Origin: a virus
Direction: 5' to 3' (one strand)
DNA: 64,000 nt
IMG/VR virus record: IMGVR_UViG_3300021961_000076
Coordinates: 4,287 to 68,286 of that record
The notes beneath the pieces are model-generated. The model worked only from the letters and a program-made list of their open reading frames with translations, ran no database searches and was not told the origin of the DNA. Below, piece after piece: positions 1 through 8,388 of the stretch (the stretch's first letter is position 1; every line of letters begins with the position of its first letter). The translations under genes were made by a program, and so were the position numbers.

Positions 1-71
1 TACGGTGTTAACATATCGTCTTTAATTGTTACTTGGGGCTTTACATGCCCGACCTTTTTTCCTCTTGCCAT
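1..71 (-). CDS. Hypothetical protein, N-terminal part only (runs off the window)
   Basis: ATG at 71 reads MARGKKVGHVKPQVTIKDDMLTP with no stop before the edge; an early-type promoter lies just upstream (92-123). Confidence 0.6.
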   Translation of the reverse strand, partial: MARGKKVGHVKPQVTIKDDMLTP

Positions 72-91
72 AACTTGTTTTGATTATACTC

Positions 92-123
92 TTAATATAC
101 GAAAAAGAGTACAGGGAGCCAAC
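92..123 (-). promoter_or_regulatory. Bacteroidota-type (early/middle) promoter
   Basis: Minus strand TTGG-N-TTTTCGTATATTAA; the same two-part motif recurs at about nine sites and resembles the Bacteroidota -33 TTG / -7 TAnnTTTG promoter. Confidence 0.65.
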
Positions 124-131
124 TCTAAAAC

Positions 132-569
132 TTATTTAATTTTAATTTTCGTAGGTTTATTTTCCTCAGTATGAGGGATGTTAATTGATAGAAGTCCATC
201 TTGCATCTTAGCATCAATGGCTTCAAGATCAAATCTACGAGCAATCTTATAACCTAAATTAAAAGAGCGCTTAGAGATGCCTTTATGGTAGAAGCGGATG
301 TTTTCTGGATCCTTCTTCTTCTCTTCTGAGTTATGAGTAACACGGAGTACATCACCTTCCACATTAATCTCAACATCGGCTTTGTTAAGACCTGTGCAGG
401 CAATTTCAAAAAATAGTCCGTCTTTGGTTTCGTAAATGTCGACCGGGTGTCCGATCTTATTATCTACCGGAGAAATAAAGGTAGATGTCTGATTGAAGAA
501 ATCCTTAAAAAGGATGTCGAATGTTGAGGATACATTGTTATCCCACAACTTGTAGTTGATTTGTGTCAT
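132..569 (-). CDS. Small heat-shock protein (Hsp20/alpha-crystallin)
   Basis: PVDIYE, F-x-x-x-Y, AKMQDGLLSINIP and C-terminal IKIK motifs; 145 aa. Confidence 0.93.
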   Translation of the reverse strand: MTQINYKLWDNNVSSTFDILFKDFFNQTSTFISPVDNKIGHPVDIYETKDGLFFEIACTGLNKADVEINVEGDVLRVTHNSEEKKKDPENIRFYHKGISKRSFNLGYKIARRFDLEAIDAKMQDGLLSINIPHTEENKPTKIKIK

Positions 570-676
570 AGTCCTTAGATCTATTTAGTTAATATTTTAT
601 ACAACCCGACTCCCATTCGGTGAGTCATCTTATGAGCGGCTCCCTGCTCTTTATTATATATAGCAGCTAATTTAAA

Positions 677-3019
677 TTAGTGACCATCTCTCCAGTTTCT
701 AGAAATTTCAGGAGGTGCTTTAAGAGTTACTCCTTCAAGCTTAGTTGTGTTCTCCATAATCTCTTTAATAATAGGAGCTACAAACTCTGCCTGATCTTCT
801 GGTACGTTAATGATTAACTGGTCATGGACTTGAGCTTGAACACGGCCGTCGATCCCAAGCTCCTTCAGCTTGCGATTGATCTGTACTGCTGCCCGGTTTA
901 CGACAGCCGCTGCAAGGCTCTGCAGTTGATAGTTCAAACAGTTGTTAAGTCCATTTCGGTAGTCACGGTACCATTGCAGTACTTGATCTTTACCGTAACG
1001 TTCTGATAGATCTTTTCTAAACTTCCAGTCCATAATCTGTTCACCAAAAGTATCGTACATCTTCTTTACTTTAGGTAGGTGACGGATACGTCCTACTTTA
1101 TTTGTAATAAAGCCATGTTCCTTAACTTGCTTACGAGAGTTTAATCTCCATTGCTTAAGTTGAGGGAAGCCATTTAGATAACCTTCTACAAGTACCTCTG
1201 CTTCTTTTTGAGATATACCTAGAGTCATTCCTAGAGCATAAGCCTCCATGCCGTATGCAATTCCTAACGAATAGGCCTTAGCCTGATTACGTTTAACAGG
1301 GTCTAACTTTTTTAGGTAGTTAGGAGCTTTCTTATCTGGGGATACTCCGTCAGGGTATTTATCACGCTGCTCATCAAGCTTCTCAGTCTGAATAGCTACA
1401 GTAGAGTAGAAGTCCCATCCGTTATTAAAGATCTCTTGAAGCTTAACATCACCTGATACTGAGGCAAAGCAGTGAGGTTCTAATGATTCGTAGTCGGCAT
1501 CGATGATCTTACGTCCTTCACCTGCAGTTAAGAAGGCACGAACGATGTTAGTATACTTAACGATAATAGGAGCATCTTCACCATCTTCTTTAGGCTTAGG
1601 TAGCTGCTGGGCATCTGAACCGTAGCGTCCGGAAACAGTACCGTTCTGCTTGAAGTAGAAGTAGTAACGACCATCTTCGTGATTATCTACAAAGCGATCA
1701 ATATAAGTAGACTTAATCTTTAGAAGCTTATTATAGATGCGTAAGTTCTCAGCCCATTCATAGTCCTTAGAGAGCTCTTCGATCATATCCATATCGAACT
1801 TATCTCGACCGGACTTAGTATTAGCTCCTGATACTAGAGGTTTAATGCCCATGTAGTCAAATACTAGCTCACCTAAGTGCTTCTTAGATTGAATGTTAAT
1901 ATACTCACCATCATTCTTCTCCTTCCATAAAGCCATAGAGATTTTTAGTACCTCCATCTCATTAAGGAGATCTAATTTACCTGTGAGTAAAAACTCTCTA
2001 ACAGGTGAATCTTCTAATTCAGCCAGAGTCTTTTGGGTAATAGAGTATTTACCGGTCTTGTCAGATTTAGGCAGAGATAAAGAATATCTCATAGCTAATG
2101 TCTGTGCCCATGTACCTTTATTAGAAGGTGGGAACTCTTTTAGAGCAGTGTCTACAACCCATTCTTTACCTGCAGCTAATGCTAGGATAGAATCAAGAAC
2201 GATCTTTTTATTCTTCTGAAGGTCTTCAATGATCTCTTCTTTAGTCTGCTCTAAGAGCTCTAAGTCTAAATCTACTCCCATCTCTTCCATAGGAATAGTC
2301 ACCTCACGGTATAAAGGCATTACTTCGTCTTCAAAGAAGAACTTTTCTAGATTCTCTACTTTTAACTTATCTAGAAAATATGTACAGACACGAAGGGTTA
2401 AGTCGGTATCGGCAGCAGCATACTTAGAAAGTATATCCATGTCTGCTTTGTAGATCTCAAAGCTCTCTTTAGTCACTGAGCCTCCATTACGTTTGATAGA
2501 TTCTTTCAGTTCGATCTGCTCTTCGTTAGCAGCCTTCTCTACATCTAAACCAATATGTTCCTGGATAGAGATAGCTAAAGGTTTAAGACCGAACACTCCC
2601 ATACCTGCTCCTTCTTCCTGAACAGTATGAACTAGTAGAGCGGTATCAACCCAGAGACTATCAAGTAAGTTAATTCCGTAGAAGTTCTTAGTAAATCGGC
2701 AGTCGAATGATGCGTTGTGCATCACAAGCTTCTTACCGATTAACATACTTAAAATCTTCTTAGCAATAGCATGACATCCAATACCTTCGATAGTAAGTTC
2801 ATCTAAGGATTCATTCTCATGACTCCAAGCCATCGTCGGCATATAGAATCCGATACCAATGTCACCTGATACAGAGAAACCAACTATCTGTCCTTTTCTC
2901 ATATTCAAGCTATCAGTCTCGGTATCGTATGCAATTACGTTCGATTCCTGAATATGTTGGATAAGTAGGTTAACAGTTTCCTTATCTGTAACCGTGTAGT
3001 ATTTTTTTTCAATTGTCAT
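677..3019 (-). CDS. polA: DNA polymerase family A (3'-5' exonuclease plus polymerase)
   Basis: Exo motifs YDTET, HNASFD, YAAAD; GTVSGRY; motif A DADYESLE; motif B RNQAKAYSLGIAYG; motif C QVHDQL. Confidence 0.95.
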   Translation of the reverse strand: MTIEKKYYTVTDKETVNLLIQHIQESNVIAYDTETDSLNMRKGQIVGFSVSGDIGIGFYMPTMAWSHENESLDELTIEGIGCHAIAKKILSMLIGKKLVMHNASFDCRFTKNFYGINLLDSLWVDTALLVHTVQEEGAGMGVFGLKPLAISIQEHIGLDVEKAANEEQIELKESIKRNGGSVTKESFEIYKADMDILSKYAAADTDLTLRVCTYFLDKLKVENLEKFFFEDEVMPLYREVTIPMEEMGVDLDLELLEQTKEEIIEDLQKNKKIVLDSILALAAGKEWVVDTALKEFPPSNKGTWAQTLAMRYSLSLPKSDKTGKYSITQKTLAELEDSPVREFLLTGKLDLLNEMEVLKISMALWKEKNDGEYINIQSKKHLGELVFDYMGIKPLVSGANTKSGRDKFDMDMIEELSKDYEWAENLRIYNKLLKIKSTYIDRFVDNHEDGRYYFYFKQNGTVSGRYGSDAQQLPKPKEDGEDAPIIVKYTNIVRAFLTAGEGRKIIDADYESLEPHCFASVSGDVKLQEIFNNGWDFYSTVAIQTEKLDEQRDKYPDGVSPDKKAPNYLKKLDPVKRNQAKAYSLGIAYGMEAYALGMTLGISQKEAEVLVEGYLNGFPQLKQWRLNSRKQVKEHGFITNKVGRIRHLPKVKKMYDTFGEQIMDWKFRKDLSERYGKDQVLQWYRDYRNGLNNCLNYQLQSLAAAVVNRAAVQINRKLKELGIDGRVQAQVHDQLIINVPEDQAEFVAPIIKEIMENTTKLEGVTLKAPPEISRNWRDGH

Positions 3020-3581
3020 CTGATAGAAGATACTTCTTATTTTTCTGAAAGGCTTGAGACCATCTGTTTATCTGACTGTCTTTAGTATCAATATACTTAG
3101 ATTCGTCAAGGGTAGGCTTGATGTTAAGCTTATCACCTTTTGGTAATCCTAATGCTTCTACTTCTTCTGCTTTAAAAAGATATACGTGTTCCATTGATAA
3201 GACAGGAGAGTAAAAAAGAATATAGTTAAAAAGCAAATTTCCTTCACTATCTCGCTTACAGTTAATACTTTGAAAGGAAGCGTATTTACCATTATCTAAA
3301 TGATCTGTTGTCTTTATCTCAACTCTTATCTTACCGTCGGGACTAATAATATCTAGTCCTTTGTTAGTTCTATGTCCTATCTTAAAAGAATCTACCGGAT
3401 ACTTAAAGTACCTTTCCAGCCAATACTTAGCTATAATCTCCATAAGAAGGTACTTACCTCCGTTAGCAATTGCTTTTCTGTATTCGTACCTGTTAAAACG
3501 GTACCGGTTAAATACTACAACAGAGATACCAAAAAGCTCTTCAAAGTCGTCTTTATCAAAAAACTCGACTATATCATTCAT
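3009..3581 (-). CDS. Putative PD-(D/E)XK nuclease (restriction/homing endonuclease-like)
   Basis: Helix with Glu (LLMEIIAK) followed by GLDIISPDGKIRVEIKT, a D-x10-E-x-K pattern. Confidence 0.55.
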   Translation of the reverse strand: MNDIVEFFDKDDFEELFGISVVVFNRYRFNRYEYRKAIANGGKYLLMEIIAKYWLERYFKYPVDSFKIGHRTNKGLDIISPDGKIRVEIKTTDHLDNGKYASFQSINCKRDSEGNLLFNYILFYSPVLSMEHVYLFKAEEVEALGLPKGDKLNIKPTLDESKYIDTKDSQINRWSQAFQKNKKYLLSDDN

Positions 3582-3603
3582 AACCTTTAGTTTTAATTAC
3601 TTT

Positions 3604-3636
3604 ATAAAGATAAGAAAGGAGCCCGTAGGCTCCAAC
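3604..3636 (-). promoter_or_regulatory. Early-type promoter overlapping the intrinsic terminator of queF
   Basis: Minus strand GTTGGAGCC-TACG-GGCTCC-TTTCTTATCTTTA: a hairpin with U-tract lies inside the TTG...TATCTTTA promoter spacer. Confidence 0.6.
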
Positions 3637-4551
3637 TTATTGACGTAAAGTTTTCTTCATTCTTTTTCCCGAATCAGAAAACCACCCTGGGATCATTTCT
3701 TTATGAGTTGCTCGGATAGGATTAATGTCGAGTCCTCCACGACGTGTATATAGACATGCTACCATAAGCTTTTCTGGCTCGTAGGCTTGCATGAGATGAG
3801 TAAAGACCATCTCACAGATCTCTTCGTGGAAGTGAGATACTTGACGGTGACTAACAATATACTTAGCTAATGAAGTAAGCTTGATAGTCTTCTTACCTTC
3901 CATATGGATATAAACATCACCCCAGTCTGGTTGGTTGGTTACTCGGCAGTTACTACGTAGAAGATTAGAATGAACCTTTGTAGTAACTGAAAAAGGAAGG
4001 TCTCCTCCTACCTCTAACTGAGAAGCGTCTGAATGGAAAGCTGTAAATTCTAGCTCGTCTAGGTTAACACTTGCTGCTAGATCGGCAAAGCCATCAAAAG
4101 CATACTCTGCTCCATAATCGTTACCAAAGAACGTACAAGCAACAAAACCTCCTAGCAGTTCAGTAAGATCAGCAGATACTGTCTTTTCAATCTGCTTGAT
4201 ACATTCCTTAGCTGTTTCGCCCATTGGAGTCATATTCAAAGAGTTTAGATACAATTTGATTGACTTAGACTCAACGTGATACTCTGAATCAGCAGGACAT
4301 ACAATCTTAAGCATACCTGCTACAGGTTGTCCTTTCTTAGTGATGGCTGATACTTCATAAGCGTTCCAGCTATCTACTCCTACGAAAGGTAAGTTACCTT
4401 CTTCAATGCCGTAAGCTTCTCTGTTTAAATAACGAGGTACTGCTACTAGCAACTCTGGGTCGTAGATAGCTTTGTAGCCTTCTCCTCCTACTTTACCGAG
4501 GTGCTTATTCGCAATCTCGACAACAGCATTGTAGTTTTTTACTTCTTCCAT
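3637..4551 (-). CDS. queF: NADPH-dependent preQ0 reductase, long bimodular form
   Basis: ESKSIKLYLNS QueF motif; catalytic SNCRVTNQPDWG; FHEE; YTRRGGLDINP. Confidence 0.93.
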   Translation of the reverse strand: MEEVKNYNAVVEIANKHLGKVGGEGYKAIYDPELLVAVPRYLNREAYGIEEGNLPFVGVDSWNAYEVSAITKKGQPVAGMLKIVCPADSEYHVESKSIKLYLNSLNMTPMGETAKECIKQIEKTVSADLTELLGGFVACTFFGNDYGAEYAFDGFADLAASVNLDELEFTAFHSDASQLEVGGDLPFSVTTKVHSNLLRSNCRVTNQPDWGDVYIHMEGKKTIKLTSLAKYIVSHRQVSHFHEEICEMVFTHLMQAYEPEKLMVACLYTRRGGLDINPIRATHKEMIPGWFSDSGKRMKKTLRQ

Positions 4552-4552
4552 T

Positions 4553-5086
4553 TTATTTGATATAGTTTAAAATTTGATCTACTCGCTGCAATGGGGAGCC
4601 AGTAACAGTTAAATAATGACGGTCAGTTAAATCGAGTTGCCATTGAAACTCTTCATCAATAATCCTTCTCCAAGCTTCATCGATACTACGCTGACCATCG
4701 TCCACAGCATCGAATTCAATCGGAAAGTAAATATAATGCGTATACTCCTCCTGTACTCGCTTCCAAGTATCTTCAATAAAGTCTAAGCCTTGTTGAGATA
4801 AAGCAGGCATATGCTTTGAATATACAACTAGATCTAGATAACAACGATCTAGAATTATACTATGAGGTCTTAGTAGAGCCTCTAAGTGAAAAGAAGAGAT
4901 AGCTAACTGAGTCTCAGTAGTACCTGCTTCATTGATAGGAAAGCCAAACTTAGCAACCGTACGAGTACTCTCGTTAACAAATTGCCATTGTTGAAAACCC
5001 CTTGTAGGAAGTTTAGATTTTAGTAATTCATACACAGTAGTCTTGCCAGTACTACTAGCTCCTACTAATGCAACTCGTCTAACCAT
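4553..5086 (-). CDS. P-loop nucleotide kinase-like protein (AAA_28/dNMP kinase-like)
   Basis: N-terminal Walker A GASSTGKTT, ILDRCYLD motif, DDGQR lid. Confidence 0.75.
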   Translation of the reverse strand: MVRRVALVGASSTGKTTVYELLKSKLPTRGFQQWQFVNESTRTVAKFGFPINEAGTTETQLAISSFHLEALLRPHSIILDRCYLDLVVYSKHMPALSQQGLDFIEDTWKRVQEEYTHYIYFPIEFDAVDDGQRSIDEAWRRIIDEEFQWQLDLTDRHYLTVTGSPLQRVDQILNYIK

Positions 5087-5622
5087 AACTTATTATGTAA
5101 AAATTCACCCCACATCTCTACTGATGTGTCATGTAATATACGAAAGATATCCTTCTTAGGCAACTGTCCGTGTATGCTTTCTCTTTCCATTAACACTTCT
5201 CCTTCGTCTACTCCGGCAGTTACTTTATGAATCACACACCCAGCACTTCTATAATTACCTTCCCAAGCTCTATACTGAGGATCTTTACCTTTAAGCTCAG
5301 GGTACTTAGTTATAAGGCCTGGATGTCCGTTATATGTCTCATACTGCTTACAGACGCTCTCAGGTACAACTCTTAGCCAGCCATGCAAAGTTACGATAGG
5401 ATTTTCATATCCCATCAACAGCCAATGGTACTCATGCTCTTCAGGCTTATTTTCAGTCCAGTGAAGTAAATGAGTAGGAATATCTTGATTGATAGTTCTT
5501 AGATGAGAAGGTCGATGATTAGTAATAATCTTATTAGGCCAGCGACCTAAGATCTTACTTACCTCAACAATCTCAGATCCTGTCTGACTAAAGAATGCTA
5601 TCCACGGACGTATTGCTACCAT
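5065..5622 (-). CDS. dpdN: PurN-like formyltransferase, probable preQ1 formyltransferase (DpdN)
   Basis: NGHPGL...YPELKG, GCVIHKVTAGVDEG formyltransferase motifs; lies next to queF and the dpdA-like gene; start placed at MVAIRPW (5622). Confidence 0.8.
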   Translation of the reverse strand: MVAIRPWIAFFSQTGSEIVEVSKILGRWPNKIITNHRPSHLRTINQDIPTHLLHWTENKPEEHEYHWLLMGYENPIVTLHGWLRVVPESVCKQYETYNGHPGLITKYPELKGKDPQYRAWEGNYRSAGCVIHKVTAGVDEGEVLMERESIHGQLPKKDIFRILHDTSVEMWGEFLHNKLWLDELH

Positions 5623-6415
5623 GTGCGAACCATCTAAAACGTTGAACATTATAAATTGCCTGGGTGAGTTCCTCGCTAGTAGGAACCATATTGATCATCT
5701 CAAATAACTTAATAGAAGCTTTGTCCCATAAGCCTTGATCTGTATACGGAATATTTAGTAAGCCGTGTACTACCGGGTTAGAAGTATCTAAAGAGTAGAT
5801 CCAATCGTAATCTTTATAGAAAGCAAACTCCTGAGGAAGTCCACATCCTAGTAAGTGGTGAGGAATATCTGTGTTGATAACTCCGTCACGTAGCATCTTT
5901 CCTAATAGCATTACTCTTCCTAGCATCCAGCTAACATACTTATTAGGATGCGGTACCATCTGTTCGTAGAGACTGTAATCGAAAGAGATAGCCACCATAT
6001 CTACTTCAGCTATAGTAGTCATCCATTCGTAACAAGTAACTATCTCAGAGTAAGTCTTTCCCTGTACTACACCTATCTTCTTACTGGGTGCTGCTAAAGC
6101 GTTTGCATACTTAAAGTTCCACTCAGCCATATTGTGCATAGTACGCTTAGCATTCTCTAAAGAGTCAGGTACGATATACCAAGTAGGCTTTAGGTAGTCA
6201 ATCCAGAAAGCAAAACGATCAGAATCAAAAGCTTCTCCTAATTCAAAGATAGAGTTATCTAAAATAATCTCTCGTCCTTTATCTCGAGCTTCTATAAACT
6301 TATCTAAATACTTTTCATTCTCTTCAAAGAGATGTACTAAGGCATAATCATAGTCCGTATACTGCTGAATAGTATCAAAGCTAGCTATCGGGCTTTCGTG
6401 TGCAATCTTAACCAT
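5588..6415 (-). CDS. dpdA: TGT-fold deazaguanine transglycosylase (DpdA3-like)
   Basis: ILDNSIFE, IVPD, VVQG, HLLG and SLDTS motifs in TGT/DpdA order; no Zn-binding C-terminal domain; sits inside the Que cluster. Confidence 0.8.
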   Translation of the reverse strand: MVKIAHESPIASFDTIQQYTDYDYALVHLFEENEKYLDKFIEARDKGREIILDNSIFELGEAFDSDRFAFWIDYLKPTWYIVPDSLENAKRTMHNMAEWNFKYANALAAPSKKIGVVQGKTYSEIVTCYEWMTTIAEVDMVAISFDYSLYEQMVPHPNKYVSWMLGRVMLLGKMLRDGVINTDIPHHLLGCGLPQEFAFYKDYDWIYSLDTSNPVVHGLLNIPYTDQGLWDKASIKLFEMINMVPTSEELTQAIYNVQRFRWFAHGSNTSVDSIL

Positions 6416-6605
6416 TTATATTTCCTAAGTCGTTAAATACTTTATTCAATTCAGACATCTGTATCTGTAGTTTATCTAAATTCTCTTCAAGTTCTTTTGC
6501 AGATTTCATAGATAGAGCTTGATCAACTACCTCTAAAGGTACTACCCAACGCTCTAGATCTTCTAAATAAATCTTATGTTCTTCTACTAACTTCTTTGGG
6601 TCCAT
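6408..6605 (-). CDS. Hypothetical protein (helical)
   Basis: 65-aa ORF tightly packed in the operon. Confidence 0.6.
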   Translation of the reverse strand: MDPKKLVEEHKIYLEDLERWVVPLEVVDQALSMKSAKELEENLDKLQIQMSELNKVFNDLGNING

Positions 6606-6607
6606 TA

Positions 6608-7108
6608 TTACTTAGAGTTTTTTAGCTCTTCTTCAGTAAAGAACTGTTTAAGATTAGGTGCGAAGTAATTAATGGACTTCATAACTTTATCATCTGCCTT
6701 GCGGTAAACTACATAACGGTTACCTACCTTACGAAAATAACAATCGCCGTGTTCTTTTTCTCGTTTCTCTATAGTGTCCATTGCTTCTTGTAGAGTAGCA
6801 CAACTCTTAGACATATTCGAGGCCTGAACTTCTTTATAAGCAGGTATTAATTTATCTTTGAGTCCAAATACCATTGTAGCATTACCTACAGCTACGTAAA
6901 GTAGATCGCAGATAGCGTCTAGTACCTCTACGATATCTTTCTCTTCGATAGCGTGAGCTAGTTCGTCTGTCTCTTCCTTAATAAAGTTAACGACAAAGTC
7001 AGTTAGCTTTTTATCATTAGGAATGATAGGAGTATAGTTATTCGGCTTACCGAACGTCTTGTTGAATACTTCTACTTCATCAACAAATTTTACTCGTACT
7101 TTTTTCAT
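6608..7108 (-). CDS. All-alpha NTP pyrophosphohydrolase (MazG/PRA-PH-like), candidate dGTPase
   Basis: EETDEL...EVLDAICDLLYV and EVQASNMSK motifs. Confidence 0.85.
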   Translation of the reverse strand: MKKVRVKFVDEVEVFNKTFGKPNNYTPIIPNDKKLTDFVVNFIKEETDELAHAIEEKDIVEVLDAICDLLYVAVGNATMVFGLKDKLIPAYKEVQASNMSKSCATLQEAMDTIEKREKEHGDCYFRKVGNRYVVYRKADDKVMKSINYFAPNLKQFFTEEELKNSK

Positions 7109-7815
7109 TTACAAGAATAACCTTTTACAAATTCATAAAATTCTGCTCGTGCTGAGTCTTCTTCCATAAAGCTCTTAGATAGCTTAGATGTCTTCATAGA
7201 AGCTCCTGCATGCTTAGTACCTCGACAAGATACACAGTTGTGGGTTGCTTCTACCATTACAGCTACTCCTACATTACCCTCACACACAGTATCGACTGCG
7301 TTGTGGATAGCTACAGTAAGCTGCTCTTGAATAGCGCCTCTACGGCCAAAGTGCTCTACAATACGATTGAGCTTAGATAGACCGATTACCTTACCTCCAG
7401 GACCTGGAATGTAAGCGATATGTACTCGACCTTGAATGGTCTGGTGGTGGTGAGAACACATAGAGGTTAAAGGAATATTACCTTCGAATACAATACCGTC
7501 ATAACCATCAGCAGGGAAGGCCGTGATCTCAGGCATAGGATTGAAACGTCCTGCCCATAAGTCATTCACATACGCCTTAGCCACTCGACGAGGAGTATCT
7601 GATGAGTTAGGATCATTACGCCAATCACATCCTAGAGCATCTAGGAATTCACCAAATGCCTTAGCAGCATTCTCAATGATATTAAACCTCTCCTGGTCTG
7701 TTAAGTTCATAGAGGTCATAGAGTGAACTCGGAACTTCTCTGCTAGTTGAGCGGAGATACCATTAGCGAACCCGGCTTGAGCGAGTTCTACATCATAACG
7801 TTTCTTTTCTGCCAT
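7105..7815 (-). CDS. folE: GTP cyclohydrolase I
   Basis: TPRRVAK, SMCSHH, GLSKLNRIV, IQEQLT, HNCVSCRG. Confidence 0.96.
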   Translation of the reverse strand: MAEKKRYDVELAQAGFANGISAQLAEKFRVHSMTSMNLTDQERFNIIENAAKAFGEFLDALGCDWRNDPNSSDTPRRVAKAYVNDLWAGRFNPMPEITAFPADGYDGIVFEGNIPLTSMCSHHHQTIQGRVHIAYIPGPGGKVIGLSKLNRIVEHFGRRGAIQEQLTVAIHNAVDTVCEGNVGVAVMVEATHNCVSCRGTKHAGASMKTSKLSKSFMEEDSARAEFYEFVKGYSCK

Positions 7816-7818
7816 ATA

Positions 7819-7849
7819 ATTTGTTTTTTGAGGTGGTGCTTCGACACCT
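7819..7849 (-). ncRNA. preQ1-I riboswitch-like aptamer in the folE leader
   Basis: AGGUG-UCGAAGCAC-CACCU-CAAAAAACAAAU: 5-bp P1, loop starting UCG and ending in C, A-rich tail with a C; close to the T. tengcongensis class I aptamer; ends a few nt before the ATG. Confidence 0.7.
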
Positions 7850-7854
7850 TTTTA

Positions 7855-7885
7855 TAATATACGAAAACTATTTCAGAGTGCAAAC
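7855..7885 (-). promoter_or_regulatory. Early-type promoter for the folE unit
   Basis: Minus strand GTTTG-N-TTTTCGTATATTA immediately upstream of the aptamer. Confidence 0.65.
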
Positions 7886-8379
7886 ACATCTCTGTAATTT
7901 CTTGCATAACCTTTCTCATTATCCATTCCAAAGCCTATTACCCATTCATCATCAATAGTAAATGCATGGTATGATTTCTGTTTAGGGATAGGTGAGGTTG
8001 CTCTAATAAGCAAGCTAACAATCGAGATAGAGGCTGGATGTTTAACTTCTAGGTATTCAATTACTGCTTTCATAGTATTACCTGTATCGTAGATATCATC
8101 TACCAGATATACGTGCTTACCTTTGATAGGAGTTTCCAGATCTTTCATAATCTGAATATCTCCTTGCTTCTTTTTACCTACATAAGATTTCACTCTCATA
8201 AAGTCACACTCTACATCAATAGGCATGCTCCTAACTAGATCTGCATAGAACATAAATGCTCCGTTTAACAAACCTACCATAACTACTGGTGTTTTATCTC
8301 CTCTGTGATCATCGGCAATCTGTTTACCGATAATTTTAGTTCGGATATCAATATCCTTAGCGTTCAATAACAGTTGCAT
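7873..8379 (-). CDS. hpt: Hypoxanthine/guanine phosphoribosyltransferase
   Basis: GLLNGAFMFYADL, VKSY, PRPP loop LVDDIYDTGNT, WVIGFGMD...RN. Confidence 0.9.
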   Translation of the reverse strand: MQLLLNAKDIDIRTKIIGKQIADDHRGDKTPVVMVGLLNGAFMFYADLVRSMPIDVECDFMRVKSYVGKKKQGDIQIMKDLETPIKGKHVYLVDDIYDTGNTMKAVIEYLEVKHPASISIVSLLIRATSPIPKQKSYHAFTIDDEWVIGFGMDNEKGYARNYRDVFAL

Positions 8380-8388
8380 ATTTTGGTT

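Noticed and set aside
5065-5622. Annotation as purine-biosynthesis PurN
   Set aside because: The GAR-binding N-terminal motif is divergent (SQTGSE), no other pur genes are present, and it sits in the dpdA-queF operon
5588-6415. Annotation as a tRNA-guanine transglycosylase (queuosine auxiliary metabolic gene)
   Set aside because: It lacks the TGT Zn site and C-terminal region, no queA/queG is present, and the formyltransferase/polymerase context fits DNA modification
7819-7849. The folE leader hairpin as a simple terminator
   Set aside because: On the coding strand it is followed by an A-tract rather than a U-tract, lies just after a promoter, and its loop is conserved in a second copy; a role as an antisense terminator cannot be fully excluded
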